Shown here piece after piece: positions 12,101-25,964 of a stretch of DNA of 64,000 nucleotides. A program made the translations under genes and the position numbers. Where the stretch lies: positions 22,074,001-22,138,000 of the forward strand of contig CM052817.1 of assembly GCA_028534125.1 (NCBI GenBank). Direction: 5' to 3'. The stretch is from Lama glama. Lineage: Eukaryota. Each line of letters starts with the position of its first letter. Position 1 is the stretch's first letter. Below the pieces are notes generated by a model. That model ran no database searches. It had not been told where the DNA came from and saw nothing but the letters and a program-made list of their open reading frames with translations.

Positions 12101-13589
12101 GTATTTGCAGTTATCTATCTCCTTTGTACAATTACTGCACCACTAGTTAATTAGTTTGAAGATGATCTTTCTCACACTTGAATTGCATTCAATATTTTAC
12201 AAGAAAAACTCTTTCCAACCGTGAAATGTGAGAGTAACTACTGGTAAGAATAGAAGTTCATAAATACTTATGGGCAAAGTGGTATCTCAGTATACAGAAA
12301 ATAAAGCACCTGGGTGGTAACTGATACCAAGATGAGCATATGATACCAAAAGGGCATATGTCTCCAATATGATATCAGTATAAGCATACAGACCTTAAAG
12401 GTCTATAGATATTCACATGTGGAATTTTAAGATTAAAATGGTTAATTCCATTTTATTTAATTACAGATAACTAGGAGAATTTGAATACCTAGCAATATAA
12501 AAATCATAAGGAAAACAAGTTTACTTAAGAGGGCAGATAGGAAGTATGTAAAGGATATACGTGTCATTGCTTGAACAAAGACAAGGCTCTACCATTAGCT
12601 TCTTTCTGAGGGTATAAGTATAGGACATTTAGCTTTACTTATTTATTTTTTTGAGAAGTACTATACGATTGAATCAAGTGGAGGAAAATGACATCTTTTT
12701 CTATGCCAAAAAAACAAAAAAACAAAACAAATAGGAAGGCAACGGGAAGCAACACAGATAAACTGATGGGTTCCAACATTCTGTTTCTAATTGGCTAATT
12801 TCATATTAGCAGTTTTACATCTTTTCTTCTGATGTGAATCATCATGGGGGAAGAAAACAAGGCAAATGATTTCCTGGCTGAGAAAAACATCTTTGCTTCA
12901 TTACATAATTTTAATTTGCTCTGGTTTCTATTCTGAACACTGAGAACTCAATAGCAAAAATGTTGCTTTTTAACACATAACTATGTGCATTTACATAACC
13001 ATGTACATTTAAAATGTTAAAAAGCTGACTTCCACCCCATCCCATTTGTCAGATCCTGCTTCCCCATGCCTTTCAAAGTTGAAGTCTGTGATGCCTGTCA
13101 GTGCAGATTCAGTCCTATCAATTATTGAGATAAGTCTTTTCCAGGGAACATAATGTATCAGTAAGCCATGGTCTCACCTCAGCAGAGCCTAGAGAAAGTC
13201 TTGCAGCCAGAGTCGTAGTATTTAATTATGTAGGACTAACTACGAGTACCTGTGAGGTGTCTGATACTAATATTAACACAAACTTTAATAAAAGCTGCCA
13301 TTTACTAAGTGTTGGCAATATGGAAACTCACAGAACATTTGCCTACTGACAATGCTGGGAGAACAAAATTTGAAGTACTAAGCCAGTTATGGAGAAAAGT
13401 CCCCAGTAACAACTTAAATTTTAAATCAGTCTCAGGAGGCTTAGATCCTGGGAATAAGGGAGAACGGGAAACAGATCAGTCCTCACAGGCACCAACCCTC
13501 CAATTCCAATTACTTAATTCTTTATTTGATTAAAATGATTATTGCCCTTAGGCAAGCAGGCTGGCAAAAGTAAATTTAATTAAACTTCT

Positions 13590-14035
13590 AAAGACGATAA
13601 CATCATAGAAAACCTCAAATTATCTCCACAATTTTACATTTTCAATGACGGTCACCCAGCAGAAAAACTAACCAGGTGTTAATGTGAGACAAAATCACGT
13701 GACCACAAACAAAGAAAAACCATGGATAACAGAAAGGGTCCCACAGGGATCCCAATAATGGCAATGAGTCATGAACTGTTAATCGGCTAGGCTAGGGACT
13801 TACATATTAAGAGGCAAGAATTAAAACTTTGATGGAGAACTGAAGTCAGTAAAAAGAAAAAAAAAGCAAATGGAAATTCTGTGGTACAAAGTAATATATA
13901 AAAACTTGAAATAAGAGCTCAAAGAATGGTACAACTGCTAATGACACACAGTTGAGAGAATTAGTGAATTGGTCTGTAGGTCAGAAGCAAATACTCAAAT
14001 TGAATAATGGAGAAAATACTGAAATAGTGTAATAT
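13590..14035 (+). mobile_element. Ancient L1 5'/ORF1 fragment
   Basis: gcaaatggaaattctg...gagagaattagtgaattgg...aggtcagaagcaaatactcaaattgaa. Confidence 0.65.
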
Positions 14036-14039
14036 ACAG

Positions 14040-15390
14040 TAAAGAAATTCTCATACTTAAGAGGAAAAGAAGTACGATCCTCAAAGCTATTTATTGAATA
14101 TTTTACTGAACTTTACAGCTAACGAAATAAGACCCCCAAAAAAATGAGATTGAGGAAGAAGTCATAAAACTGTCATTTTCACAAATTGCATAAGAATGTT
14201 TGTAGAAAATACAAAAGAATCTGTAAGTAAGGTATTAGAATTAATACATATATTATAGAAGATATTGAATACAAGACCAATTAAATAAAGCAATAAATTA
14301 AAATGGAACTTAAAGTAGCTACCTTCACAATGCCATAAAAACATGAAATATTTAGGCATAAATTTAACCATAATTATATAAAGCATTTACAAAGAAAAAT
14401 TTTAAACAGTATTGAGATAATTGGTTAGAAACAAATAATTGGAAAAATCTAAGTTGTAGATTGGATGACTTTTTTTTAGAATAAATTTTCACAAACTGAT
14501 CTGTGGATTCAATGCAACTGTAAAATTTCCAGCAGTTTTAAAATAGAACTCAATATTGATTCAAATTTTATCTAAAAATACAAAGTATAATTGTGCCAGG
14601 ATAAAATGAAAGAATAAAGTATGAAGAATTAATCTGCTAGATCACAAGTCTTCATAAGTATACACCTTAGAGCAGATTTCCCAACCATGTCATGGGTGAC
14701 ATTTTGGGTAAAATGATTTGTTTTGGCGGTCTGTCTTGTGTCTAGAGAATGTCTTTTCACATCCTTATCTTCTATCCACTGTACACCAGTAATAACTACC
14801 ATCTCTGGTTATCATACACATAAATGTTACCAGACGTTGCAGATGTCCCCGGGCAGGGGAACAAGGGTCACCCTTGGTTAAGAACCACTACCCTAAAAAC
14901 CACATGTGTTTATGCAACAAAAGCCATTCACAAGAATGTTGACAATATTCTTGTTTATAGTCAATGTTGATGTTAGCCAAAAATATAAATAATCCGAAAA
15001 TCCATAAACATTGGAAGAGTTAAAAATTTAAGTATAACTGGACTCCATAAAATCCTGATACTGAGCTAATTACAATTATACATAAATGTAAAAATATATC
15101 ACACAAACATAATATTTAGCAAAAGTAACCAGATAAAAAGAATATCTGCTCTATGATTTGTATAAATTTCAAACACAGGCAAAGCTAGTTTATAGTCTTA
15201 GAAGTCAGGGTAGTGGTTATCTCTGTAGAAGAAGGAAGGGAGGTTAGAGATTACAGAAAAGCATTCTTGTGTTCAGGATCCGCTGTATTTTTTAATATCT
15301 TGATTTGTATTGTATTAATACATCAAACTTCATAATTATTATGTGAAGTCTTCTGTATGTATATATGAATTTGATACAATTTTAAACATT
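14040..15390 (+). mobile_element. Ancient L1ME-like ORF2 plus 3' UTR fragments, interrupted by MER20
   Basis: aaactgtcattttcac...gtagaaaatacaaaagaatct; gaaatatttaggcataaatttaac; 3' UTR caggcaaagctagtttatagtcttagaagtcagggtagtggttatctct. Confidence 0.8.
14673..14890 (-). mobile_element. MER20 (hAT-Charlie) non-autonomous DNA transposon, full length
   Basis: cagatttcccaacc...gacattttggg...ccagacgttgcagatgtcccc...ggttaagaaccacta follows the MER20 reverse complement over ~218 bp, with decayed TIRs. Confidence 0.88.
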
Positions 15391-15394
15391 TCCA

Positions 15395-15990
15395 AACCTA
15401 TCAAAAATGAGAAAATAAAAGAAAAAGCATGGAATAGGTGGGACAAATAGAAAATTCAAAGAAAAAATTATAGATAGATATAAACATAACTATAGCAGTA
15501 CTTGCATTAAATGTACCTGAACTAAAGTCATCAGCTAAAACCAAGTTTGTTATGCTTAAGTAGGAAACCATGTGGCTTATGCAACTGACACATCTAAAAT
15601 AGCTAAGACAAAATATATATGTTAAAGTGAAAAAACAAAGAATAAGTCAAAAGTATTAGAAGAACCTAGGGCAGATTAGGTCTTAAGACAGCATTATTAG
15701 AGTGATACATACTACAAAATTATAACATTCAGTTTATGAGAAAAATATAAACATTCTAATAAATTTGGATTACATAAGGCAAAGCTTGAGAAATCTACCA
15801 GGAGAAATAGATGAATCTACAACAATTCTGAGTAGTTGAATGATAAAGATCAGTAAAAACAGAATATAAACAACACAAGTGATGACTATCAAGAACTAGA
15901 TATGTAGAGAGAAAACTGCCTCCATAACCTGCATGGTATATATTCATTTCAAGCATACATGGTACCTTTACAGAAATAACCCTCATGGTC
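15395..15990 (+). mobile_element. Ancient L1 ORF2 endonuclease-region fragment
   Basis: cattaaatgtacctgaactaaa; ggagaaatagatgaatctacaac; tatatattcatttcaagcatacatggtacctttacag. Confidence 0.7.
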
Positions 15991-16469
15991 TGATTTAGTG
16001 AAGAACTGGGAGCTGTGACAGATGACCACATAGGGTAAATTTTTTAAAAATCCTTTTTACAAGTTGTTGTATAGATGCAATCTATATTTGTATGTAAAAT
16101 TTCTAGTTTGTAGGACATAATAGGTATTCAAAGATTGTTGCTTTCTTTTAATACTGCATTTGTATTTGCCTATATTTGTATATCTCACTGTGTTAGTAAT
16201 GAAGTCATGAATCTTGATGTGGAATCAGCAAAATGTTTGAACTATTCAACTTGAACTTCTAATGATTATATTATGATTTTTATAGTTGAAGTAGGTTTTT
16301 CTCTTTTGGCCCTCAAAAGTAGATTTTGTACGTCTTATCTCATAATTACCATGCCCTTTTTGTTCTATGGTCATGATCTTTTCATGATGAAAATTATGTT
16401 TGTCAAATCTACATCTTTGTTCTATTATCACAACTTATTTCTATTTCCTTCATCATAATCAAAATAATA

Positions 16470-16630
16470 CAGGTCACAGATTCAGAATGCACAGGTTTGC
16501 ATCCTGGTTCTACCAATAGCTAACTCTGTTCTCTCATCATGAAAATACTCTATTGTTACAAGGATTAGAAGAGATCACATCTATTAAACTATGTCTTGTT
16601 CATTGTAAAGACATACAAAAGTAAGCTTAC
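16470..16630 (+). mobile_element. MIR fragment
   Basis: caggtttgcatcctggttctacca...attgttacaaggattagaagagatcac. Confidence 0.6.
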
Positions 16631-18218
16631 TAACTTTCCATATCAGGGTCTGTATCTTCCCGTAGGAATATGCCTGCCAAAAGCACACTCCACTTCTGTT
16701 ATTCTGACTGGATTTGTTTGTGGGGAATAAAGAAATGACATGGTGTCGAATTACTCAAAATATCAGCCCTCTTGAGTTTGTATCATTATTACTATTTTTT
16801 GTATCCTTATTATTCTTTTCAGGTATTGAAATTAAAATTATGAGGGGTTTAATGGGTTGCCAAATGTCTGAAGATACCATTTTTTTCCATATAATTATAT
16901 TTATAACATAAATGTAAGAATTAAGTGTCTTAGGACAAATACCAGAATGGTAACTAGAATGAGAATCACATCTTTGAATTTAAATTATTTGATGTCTATT
17001 CACAAATAATGTAGATATAGACATTTATCATAGATTAAGATAAAAACAACTAAAATGTATAGTTGCATCACTGAACACTCTGCCTGTTTTCAGTCATGGC
17101 TATATTCTTGCAGTGCTTTCTTCTTGGTCAGAAAGATAAATTATGAAGACTCTCCTTATATGTAAAATTTGTCTGTAGTTTGTAAGAATACTGGCCAATA
17201 GGATGAAATACAATTCTGAGTTATGAAATTTCACAATGAATTTCTCCAATGAAAACTACCCAGTTCTTTTTAATCTTAAATAAAACCTTAAATATATAAC
17301 CCATTCTTTCAAAAATGTATGCTCAAATCTTAAAGAACATTAAGGAAATAAGCTAAAAGTCCTTTTCCTTGAAATAAAATAAACTATTTTAAATAAATGA
17401 CTCACTGACTAGTTTCCCAGTTTGTTTCTAAAGCTCACAAGGCTCACTTTGACCAGTGTTGGAGTACATGGCTAACAACTAGCAAAATTTATTATTTTAT
17501 GTTAATATGCCTATGCCCAGCTCTGTTCCTCTCTTTTTTCCTATCAGTTTGTAGAGGGAGAAAGAGAAAAACGACTCAAAAAATTTTCACCCAGTGTTTT
17601 ATATTTTCTGGGAACTAGACAGGGAGCCTCTGTGGCCTCAGGGATAGCTTAAATAAGGCAATAACCACTGAAGGCAGAAGCTTGGGAATTTTTATGGCTA
17701 CGTGACCTGCCCCATGTGGTATGAATCAGACAAAAACCCAGGTAAAAGTAGAAACTTTCACAAAGATTTTACTAGCCAAATTTCACTGAGTTCGCTGAAG
17801 GTGAAGAGACCAGAATGTGGAAGAACATGAAAAATCACCTCTTCATCATTTTTTTGGTCTTTGATCCTGGTGCCTCGCCCTCCTATTTTACATTGGAATT
17901 TTATATTCTTTATCATCTGGATTTACAGAAATCAGGACACTTGGATCCATTCCTTGTATCCAGCCTCCAGCAGAAATATTGAGGATAAACTACTACAAGT
18001 GACAAGTCCAACAAGAAAATGTGAAAAGCTAGATTGGGTCACTAGGAAAGACAGTGCTGAAGGCAGCACTAACCTTGTACATTACAGAATGAGAGGGAGC
18101 TGAGCTACTGTTTAATTTTGGAATATCTATAGTTGGAGTCTAGATGTGTATCTGATGAACCAAAAATACTGTCTATTACACAAAGGCCATAAAATTACAA
18201 TAAAAATAACAACTTGTG

Positions 18219-18355
18219 AGCATGGTATAATAGAAAAAACACTGAGATTAAATGGGAGACAGGAGCTCTGCTATCAACCTAACCTTAAACAGGCTGTACG
18301 ACCTGGGAAAGTCACTTAATCTTTATGAACTGTAACTATCCCATAAAATGAAGTC
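18219..18355 (+). mobile_element. MIR 5' part
   Basis: gcatggtataatagaaaaaacactg...gctgtacgacctgggaaagtcacttaatct. Confidence 0.7.
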
Positions 18356-18499
18356 AGGGTAAGGATTGGGCAAATTCCTGGGATCTAAAGGTCAAAACAC
18401 TTACCACCTTCTACTTCCCTTCACAAGTTGGCACTCCACGTTACACTGTCTCTTTTCCATCACTTCACTGGAGAATTCTCCGAGTTTTGCCACTTTGTT

Positions 18500-18790
18500 C
18501 ATTTCTTCCTCATCCCTTACAATGTGAATTATTACACTCCACTGAAACTGGATTCTTGATAGTGTTCCCTGAAACTTTCCCCAGGATCCTCAGATTAATC
18601 TGAGCTTCAGAGGCATTTTTTAAATTCAATGATTACTTTTGTTACATCCTATCGTTCATTTTACACATGTTCACTATTATATTGTAGGCAGCTTTGACCA
18701 CAGCTTTGATTACTTACCTTTTTCACTCCCACATCTCTTAGAAATGTGGCTGGCATGTAGAAGTGGATTAAAAATAATTTGTTGAATTGT
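18500..18790 (+). mobile_element. L2 3' fragments
   Basis: actgaaactggattcttg...; tggctggcatgtagaagtggattaaaaataatttgttgaat. Confidence 0.45.
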
Positions 18791-19470
18791 TACTGTTGGA
18801 TTCTATGCATCTTACTCTTTGAACAATTCAGCTTGAGTGGTGCATGCAGAGCCCTAATAATAATAAAAACATTCTTTTGTTTATATAATAAACATGTTCT
18901 TTACATGTTCTATGGCTTATTCAAATTTCCTAGCATTCTGTTTACTTGGAAGAAATGTAAAGGGGTCATTATATCAGAGATCACAAACTCTATGGTATTA
19001 TGGAACTCTATAATGTAGCTTTTAGTAAAGACTCAACTATTCTATTTAATATATAAAAAAAGAAGTATCAATATTAGCATATTAAAAAATCACCAAAATA
19101 GAAAAAGATAGCGTAGATTTTTAAAGCACTTGCATGGTCAGAAAGGTATGTCAGTTAACTATCAGAAATGAATAGAAGTTTCTAATTATAAAAGTGATGG
19201 ATGTTTGGCTAATGTAATCTCTCCCAAGTTTCACTCAAAACACCCATATATACCTTTAAGAAGACAAAAGGATGAGAGTTAGGACATGTACATTATATTT
19301 ACATCAAGCAAAAGAGTGATGGGATGAAATTTGAAAATATATTATGTTGCGTGCACATGCTGACCCCTGAGGTAACACGGACAGCCACGACCGAATGAAA
19401 AGGGCTTTTGACTCCTGGTTTTCTCATTTGACTGTGTATTCATTGTCAACACAAAGGAGTTAGCCAGATT

Positions 19471-19923
19471 TGACTGGTTGGCCCCCCTGAGAAGCAGATG
19501 CCAAGAAGAAAGTACTTTTCCAAATTATTTCTTAGGGAAAACGCCGATGAAAGCGAAGGGGGCAGAGAGCAGTTGTAGACAGGCAGAGCCTTCCAGATCA
19601 GGCCTGACACCGTGAAAGGAAAACGGGAAGCAAGAGGGGTCGTGTGGGGAACAGCCTCAGACTGCAGTGCAGCTCTAAGAGAACCTCGCCCAGGCTGATG
19701 GAAGCGCGGAGCCCAGATTGCTCATTAGAGGAGCCCCATATTTGGCAGGAGTGTTCCCCCGCTAGTGCCCCGTGGTGCTCAGTCATTGGCTGGAAGCTGC
19801 CTGGGTGTGGCCTGGGCATGAACGCTCTGGCAGATCTAAAGGTACAGAATCTGGTGACTTTTTGAAGGGAGCAGCAGTTTCTCTCTAAGGCCTTCTGAGT
19901 GCTGCACGTCCATGACTGCCACA
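19471..19923 (-). mobile_element. ERVL solo LTR, LTR16-like
   Basis: cctgagaagcagatgccaaga...agcctcagactgcagtgcagctct...gtgctcagtcattggctgg. Ends ctgccaca, which is the TG start on the minus strand. Confidence 0.8.
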
Positions 19924-20494
19924 GCAGAAAATCACAAATCTAATATGTGACAAACAGGTTCTGATCTGCTCAGAATTACGTCATCTCTGTACACATCAGT
20001 TTTTCTCTCTACGTGAATTCATAAAAGAAAATAACTCTTGGGATGTGATGCAAATGGATCGTAGATGGAAATGGCTATTGGTGCATTGCAGTCTGGCTGT
20101 GTGATCAACAGAGAAATTGCAGTATAGGCAGGAATTATGCAGAACATTCCTGCACGATCTTCTTGTCATGTGATTGAATCCAGAAAGCACTGTATCTGCC
20201 AGAGAATAACTAAACAGCTTACAAATCCTTAGCAAAGCCATAGAGTATTTTCACTTCTAAAGGGAGACAATCATAACTCAGAGTCAAGAAGAGCCCAAGT
20301 AGAAGAAAGACTTCAGCTTACACAGAGCACTTAGAATAAAACGCAAGCTCTTTACCTTGGTTTCACTTTTGCCTGAACTTCTAAGGCCATTACATTTCAT
20401 TTTCTCTCTCACAACAAACAGTTTAAAACCACTCTGTTTTGGTTTTGCTTTTAGTTTCTCAAAAAATGGAAGCTTTTTTCTACACGAGAGACTT

Positions 20495-20795
20495 TACACA
20501 AGTGTCTCCTGTCTAGAATATCCTACCAAGGCTAGAAATTTCTCTATGGCTGGCTCCTTCTGGTCAGGTGGATCTGAGGCCTACCTTTAAACACCTTCTG
20601 TAAGGAGATCCCCCACCCTCCTTGTCTTCATCACAGGAACATGTGACATCCTGATGATTTGTATTATATAGTTACACATATACATATTCTTTTTATACAG
20701 GACTTTAAAATCCATTAGGGCAGTAACAATATGGTTTTGTACACCTATTATGCCAAGTCATAGCAGAGCAATACATATTTGTTGAGGAATTATTT
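20495..20795 (+). mobile_element. L2 3' fragment
   Basis: tctcctgtctagaatatcct...tccattagggcag...caatacatatttgttga. Confidence 0.6.
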
Positions 20796-20814
20796 AATGG
20801 ACTAACAAATGGCT

Positions 20815-21075
20815 GTATATATCAACGTCTTTGATATGCATCACAAAATTCACAGCACTACCCTCCAGAAAGGTCATAAAATTTTATATTCCTAGCATCA
20901 GTTTATGAGAGCACATGTTTTCCTTTTCTTCCATGACAAAGGATTTTATGACTTAAAAAAAGAGCTGTTCAAATAAATAAGAACAGCATTCACAGTTTTT
21001 TTTTAATTTATGTTTTCTTAAATTCATCTCATGTGGTAAAATTTGTATTTCTTCTATTGAAAACTATCTTTTCCT
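20815..21075 (-). mobile_element. Ancient L1 fragment
   Basis: ccctccagaaaggtcataaaattttatattcctagcatcagtttatgagag. Confidence 0.6.
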
Positions 21076-21102
21076 TTTTTCCTGATTTTTTAAAATATAT
21101 CC

Positions 21103-21126
21103 ATATATATATATAATGTGTGTGTG

Positions 21127-21167
<41 letters not shown>
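21103..21167. repeat. Compound (TA)n(TG)n(TA)n microsatellite
   Basis: Directly visible. Confidence 0.95.
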
Positions 21168-21170
<3 letters not shown>

Positions 21171-23749
21171 CATACTAGATAATTTAAGTAAAATGTGTAT
21201 TATGTCTATAAAATTTATACAAAGCCATAAGAAAGAAAGAATCGACCATTCTGACATGGAAAACTATCCATGACATATTGAAATAGGACTAGGTTATTAT
21301 TCAGAAAAAAAGAAAGAAATTCATCAACCGACCCCTCCCATTAAAAACATGCTCTTCTGAAAACCTTAAAGTATCTGAGTGCATGTGATACATGCTTAAA
21401 ATCCAGTAGTATCTAGTGGACATACTGTCTTACTTAAGTCATTGAACTGAAATGATTTTCTGTATTTGTTGTGGAAAGCAAAATGAAACAAAGCAAAATA
21501 ATTCTATATAAAGCAATGATACACGTGAATAATAAGCAGGTATCTTAAAGCGATAATGTGAAAACTACTTAGATTTTACTGGGCTTTGGTTTCTTTTTGT
21601 GAACTTTCAAATTCAGCTGGTTTCTTTTTCAGACTTCCTGCTCAAATACCAGCCAAAATTAGCCTGGAATTTCATTCACTCACCTTCTCAAGACAGGTGA
21701 ACTCATTCTCATTCTTAGTCCACCAATTTTTTGAATCCTTGATAAACTGAGATTAAGAACACAGTCATTTATACCTTGTGTTGTTAAAGTTTTATTTTAC
21801 TTTGAGGCCGACTGTCCTCTTTGCAAAACCATCTTTCCATTCTCCCAGCATTGCCTAGCACAGCCTGACAGGATAAGTAAATCAGTCTGTTTCCTGGAGA
21901 AAAAATATTAGGAATCAAACATCTATAGATGTATAAAGATCTGTAGATAAACAAAGGTGATATTTGGAGCTTTGTCAGCAGGGATTTTCTTAATCTTCAA
22001 GTGTAAGAACTTAGGTGAGAAAAGGTCATGCTGGTGATTGAGCCAAGTTGTGCCCCAATATCTGTCACATTAGCTGGGAATCTTGATAAGTAACTGAGGG
22101 GACTGAAATATAGATGGAAGGATTGAGGCTTCCTTCTGTTGTAGCCAAGATACATGTTTTAGGTATTAGTGAGTTTAGTTCTTAAGGGTCTGTAAACAAG
22201 TGCATGGACCTCAAAAAATTCATGGGTTTCAGTAAAGTACAGGGGCTCAGCAAAAGTGAGCCTCAGGATGCTGGTTGTTGCAACTTGGCCTCAGCAAGAA
22301 AGATCCTGGCCTTACTAGCCAAGCTCACCTTATAGAGAGACACAGATTTCTGGAGGGACCTCAGGGTCCAGACTACTGCAGCTTGACTTTGAACTTCACA
22401 GGTTCAGCTTTTCCAGTTGTAGCAATGATTCTATTACATAAAAAATATGTCTCTTCATATACAGCCTTTTAGACACAAGAAAAGCAATACAAATAGGTAT
22501 TCCTTTTCCTCTATTCTTTAGCTACGTTCCAGCCTGGACTTTAAACTATACCAATTTCTGTGCACACTTATAAAGCTTCTAGCTTCAAATTGTCTGTGCG
22601 AAGTGTATAGGTAGGCAGTGCTACATCGGCTACCCCAATTTTGTAGCTTTTCTTAAATGTCATTTTGAAATGCCTTGAGGTCAAGAGAAAAATTCTAGGG
22701 ATATTAATGTGTCTTATCCTCCAGCTCAAGAAGCATCATCTTACTATACGATCTCAAGTTGACTGTGAAATTTAATTACTTTCGCCTTCACTGTGACTTG
22801 GTATTTTTGCGATACACATCAGCCCCATGGATGCAAGAGCAGTATATTTAATGAATCAACACATTTTAAAGAATATAGTTCTTATTATAAAGCTTGTATG
22901 CCCTTTCCTGGGTAATATGCAGAAACAACTCAATAAATTTTATTTAAAATTCAGAGACTGAAAAGACAATTTTGAAGGCCCCTAACAACTTGAGATTCTC
23001 TGTATCTAGGAAGCTGATTTAAGGGAGGTATCAATGCCCATGATTGGGGAAAAAAAGTGGAGTAGTATCAAACTGAGGGATGTCAGTCTCAAAATAACAG
23101 AAGATAATGAAGGGACGTGAACAGTAGCGTGAAAAGTCTGGAACAACATTCCTGACTGGGATGACCAAGTTTGAATTTGTGAAATAAGTTATTGTTTTCT
23201 TGGGACTATTAGAAATATCCTAATGGGAAAACCTAGTAGAAGATGAAATACCCTGCAATAATTATTCGTTGAGTGTTTTACATCACCACATGTCCCCTAG
23301 CTCTTAGTTATGCAGCAACGGAGTGGACAGAGAAAGGTCCTATCCTTAAAGATTTTATATTCTCATGTATAAATCCCATAGTTAAATAGGATGGGGTATT
23401 GAAAGTCATAAATGGAATGTTTATTGGAAATATAACTGATCAAAGGCTGGTGACCAAAGGAAAATGGAAATAAATGATAAAAGAGTGATTGGAATACGGG
23501 GTCAAAGTTAGTCTCCAGGGAACCACCTACTAGAGCATATTAAGGGCCTGTCACTGTGGGAATGTCATCATCAGGTGGCTACTTCCCTAGGGGCACCTCC
23601 CCTTAAGCTCATAATATTCTTAAGTCATATTCACAGAAGAAAATAGTAGCAGACTACCATTCTGGCATTCAAAAAAATATAGAAATGGGATCACCACTAT
23701 CCCTATAGACTAGGTTATGACAGGCTTAAATTTTGGGTAGTTTAATTTC

Positions 23750-23935
23750 CAATCAAATGACTACCCATGGAGCATGTACTCTATGAAAAGCACTGCATCC
23801 ATCTCTAAGACCACAACATCGGCAAGGCACTTTATCCTCAAGGAGTATAATGGGAAGGGAAAAAGTAGACACATAATGTCTAACAATATGTTAAATATTA
23901 TGATAGAAGTCTAGAGAGGATGCTATCATGTAGAG
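23750..23935 (-). mobile_element. L2 fragment
   Basis: gagcatgtactctatgaaaagcactg...tatcctcaaggagt...tatgatagaagt. Confidence 0.5.
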
Positions 23936-24180
23936 TCTTAATAGATTGCATAGGATTTTCCAAATTATTGTAATAAAGGCAGAGGTAATAGTATGAATAT
24001 TTCACATCAGGTAAGGTATGAATATTGACCAAGCAGAATGGGCTTGTAGACAGCCACTAAAGACACCCTGGGGCAAACCTTATGCATGTCAACCCTGATT
24101 TAGAGCCGTGAGCTACTCACAGACGATCACTATTTGCCATAAATAATAAGGTCGTGATCCCAATACTGGTGAGCTATATA

Positions 24181-24235
24181 TTCTATTCTATTCTATTCTA
24201 TTCTATTCTATTCTATTCTATTCTATTCTATTCTA
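24181..24235. repeat. Perfect (TTCTA)11 pentanucleotide microsatellite
   Basis: 11 uninterrupted ttcta units. Confidence 0.97.
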
Positions 24236-24769
24236 TATACTGTAACTAACAGAAGTGCTAAGCACAAAGGTAATAGGCGACTATCCACTAACTGTGAACA
24301 ATGAGTATAAATTGGTGATGCTGACCCTCCCTACCAAACAGAATTGTCTTCAATGTTGTATGAGGCTGAACATGCCATTAAACTCCTGCAACTCGTTATT
24401 CAAGTGAAAAAGCGTAACTCATTGCCAAAACACACTGCCTCACCATTTTTGCCTCTTGAGTTAATAGTTGTCCAGTGATAATGTGATTAATCATAATAAT
24501 TATCAAATTTGAATTCTACTTTTTTCAGTGTATGACATTTTCAGTCATTTTCCATGATTTTGTTGTATTTACCATCTAATTTCAACATTACTGAAGGATT
24601 TCCAAGAGAAGAAGATATGAAACAATTCCAGTTACAAGCAAGTCATCTGAAATACAAGCACTTTAAGTACTGAATCACTAAGACTTTGTCAAGTTTCCCT
24701 GCATCTTTTCTCTCCTGGAAACTTTGCTGGTTTGTTCGCTTATTGGGTTTGTTTGGTTATATTTAACTC

Positions 24770-24965
24770 ATTGAGCTTAGATTCCTAACCTGACTCCACC
24801 ATTATCAGCTGAGTACCTTTTTTTGTTGCTTGACCAGTGTGCTTCAGTTTCTGCATCTACAAAATAGGGATAGAGGCATCAAAAATTGAAAAGATTTTGC
24901 GGTTAAAAAAGATAAGGCTCTCAGTTTGTGCATGGTTCGTAGTAAGTGTCAAATGATTAGTAACT
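24770..24965 (+). mobile_element. MIR
   Basis: gtgcttcagtttctgcatctacaaaatagggata core; tail catggttcgtagtaagtgtc. Confidence 0.75.
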
Positions 24966-25964
24966 AAAAATTGTAACTGAGGCTTTTTTGAAAGATCTTT
25001 CTGCAGGCATTTAAAGAATGGGGCTTACAAAAATTTTTTGCATTTGTTAACATTTAATATTTTTAGATTTAATTTACTTCTGCAACATAAACAATTGTTA
25101 TAACAAGGAAAATCACTCAATGCTTAGCTCTTGAAAACTTGTTGTGAACACATACACAATTTTTTTTTTTTTTACTGTAGGAGAGCTTGTGAAGATTAAT
25201 GAGTTGTTTCTTTGGGTTCAAGTTTTCCACATGCACGGAGTCCACTCTGGTGATGTAATTAATTTCACAATACCAGGGTTTTGTCATCCAACATTCCCGT
25301 GCCATGCAGCTATGATAAGTATTCTTTAATTAAACCTCAATATTTGCCACTGTTGTTACATAGTGCAGCTCGAGCACAGATAGACCTCTGTGGACCACAA
25401 AGGTTTTAATATGCAGCTGGGGAAGCTTAGTAATAGAATGCTCACATGAAAGCCTTCTGAGTTGGTGTCCAAAGTTCTTAAAACTTTTAATACATACTTA
25501 TATCTAAAAAAACAAAAATAACATGGGCGTGCTTAATGAGCTTGCATTTGTGGTTATAACTTACAGAGGGCAGCAGGGTGTGCTTCTGGGCTAAGAAGGG
25601 GCAAAGAACCTTCTTTTGTGATTCTCCTTGGCTCCCAGCTTTAGAACTGGGATTTTCCTAGGCTTCTAGAAAGTGACTTTCCTGTGAATACTGCTGAGAA
25701 TACTCTTTCCCTCAGGATTTGAGTACAAAAAAACCCAGACCAAATCGGGTTGGTTTAATTTGATGTTCGTTACTCCAGATCTATAAACTTAGGAAGCATT
25801 TAGTCTGTGTCAGCTTGAACTGTTTCAGTGGGTGTTTCAATCATGGTTCAGTAACAAAATGAATATGTATATTCACTTAAAGTTTCAAAGCGATACGCGT
25901 GGTTTTTTTGTCCTTTGATTCAGGATTTGATTTCAGATTTGTATTAGCGACTTGATAAAACTTC

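Noticed and set aside
12255..12365. Possible MER103-like fragment with short duplication tgataccaa..gcata
   Set aside because: Similarity is too weak to call without an alignment.
13210..13250. Small inverted repeat tcgtagt...actacga
   Set aside because: Only a 7-bp stem, too short for a pre-miRNA or MITE.
16805..16828. Recursive-splice-like ttcttttcag|gtattg (also 31885-31914)
   Set aside because: Weak donor halves, expected by chance in T-rich DNA.
25160..25329. Poly-T acceptor-like site followed by an open frame
   Set aside because: No convincing donor, the frame ends in a stop, the peptide is unrecognised, and poly-T runs are common in this window.
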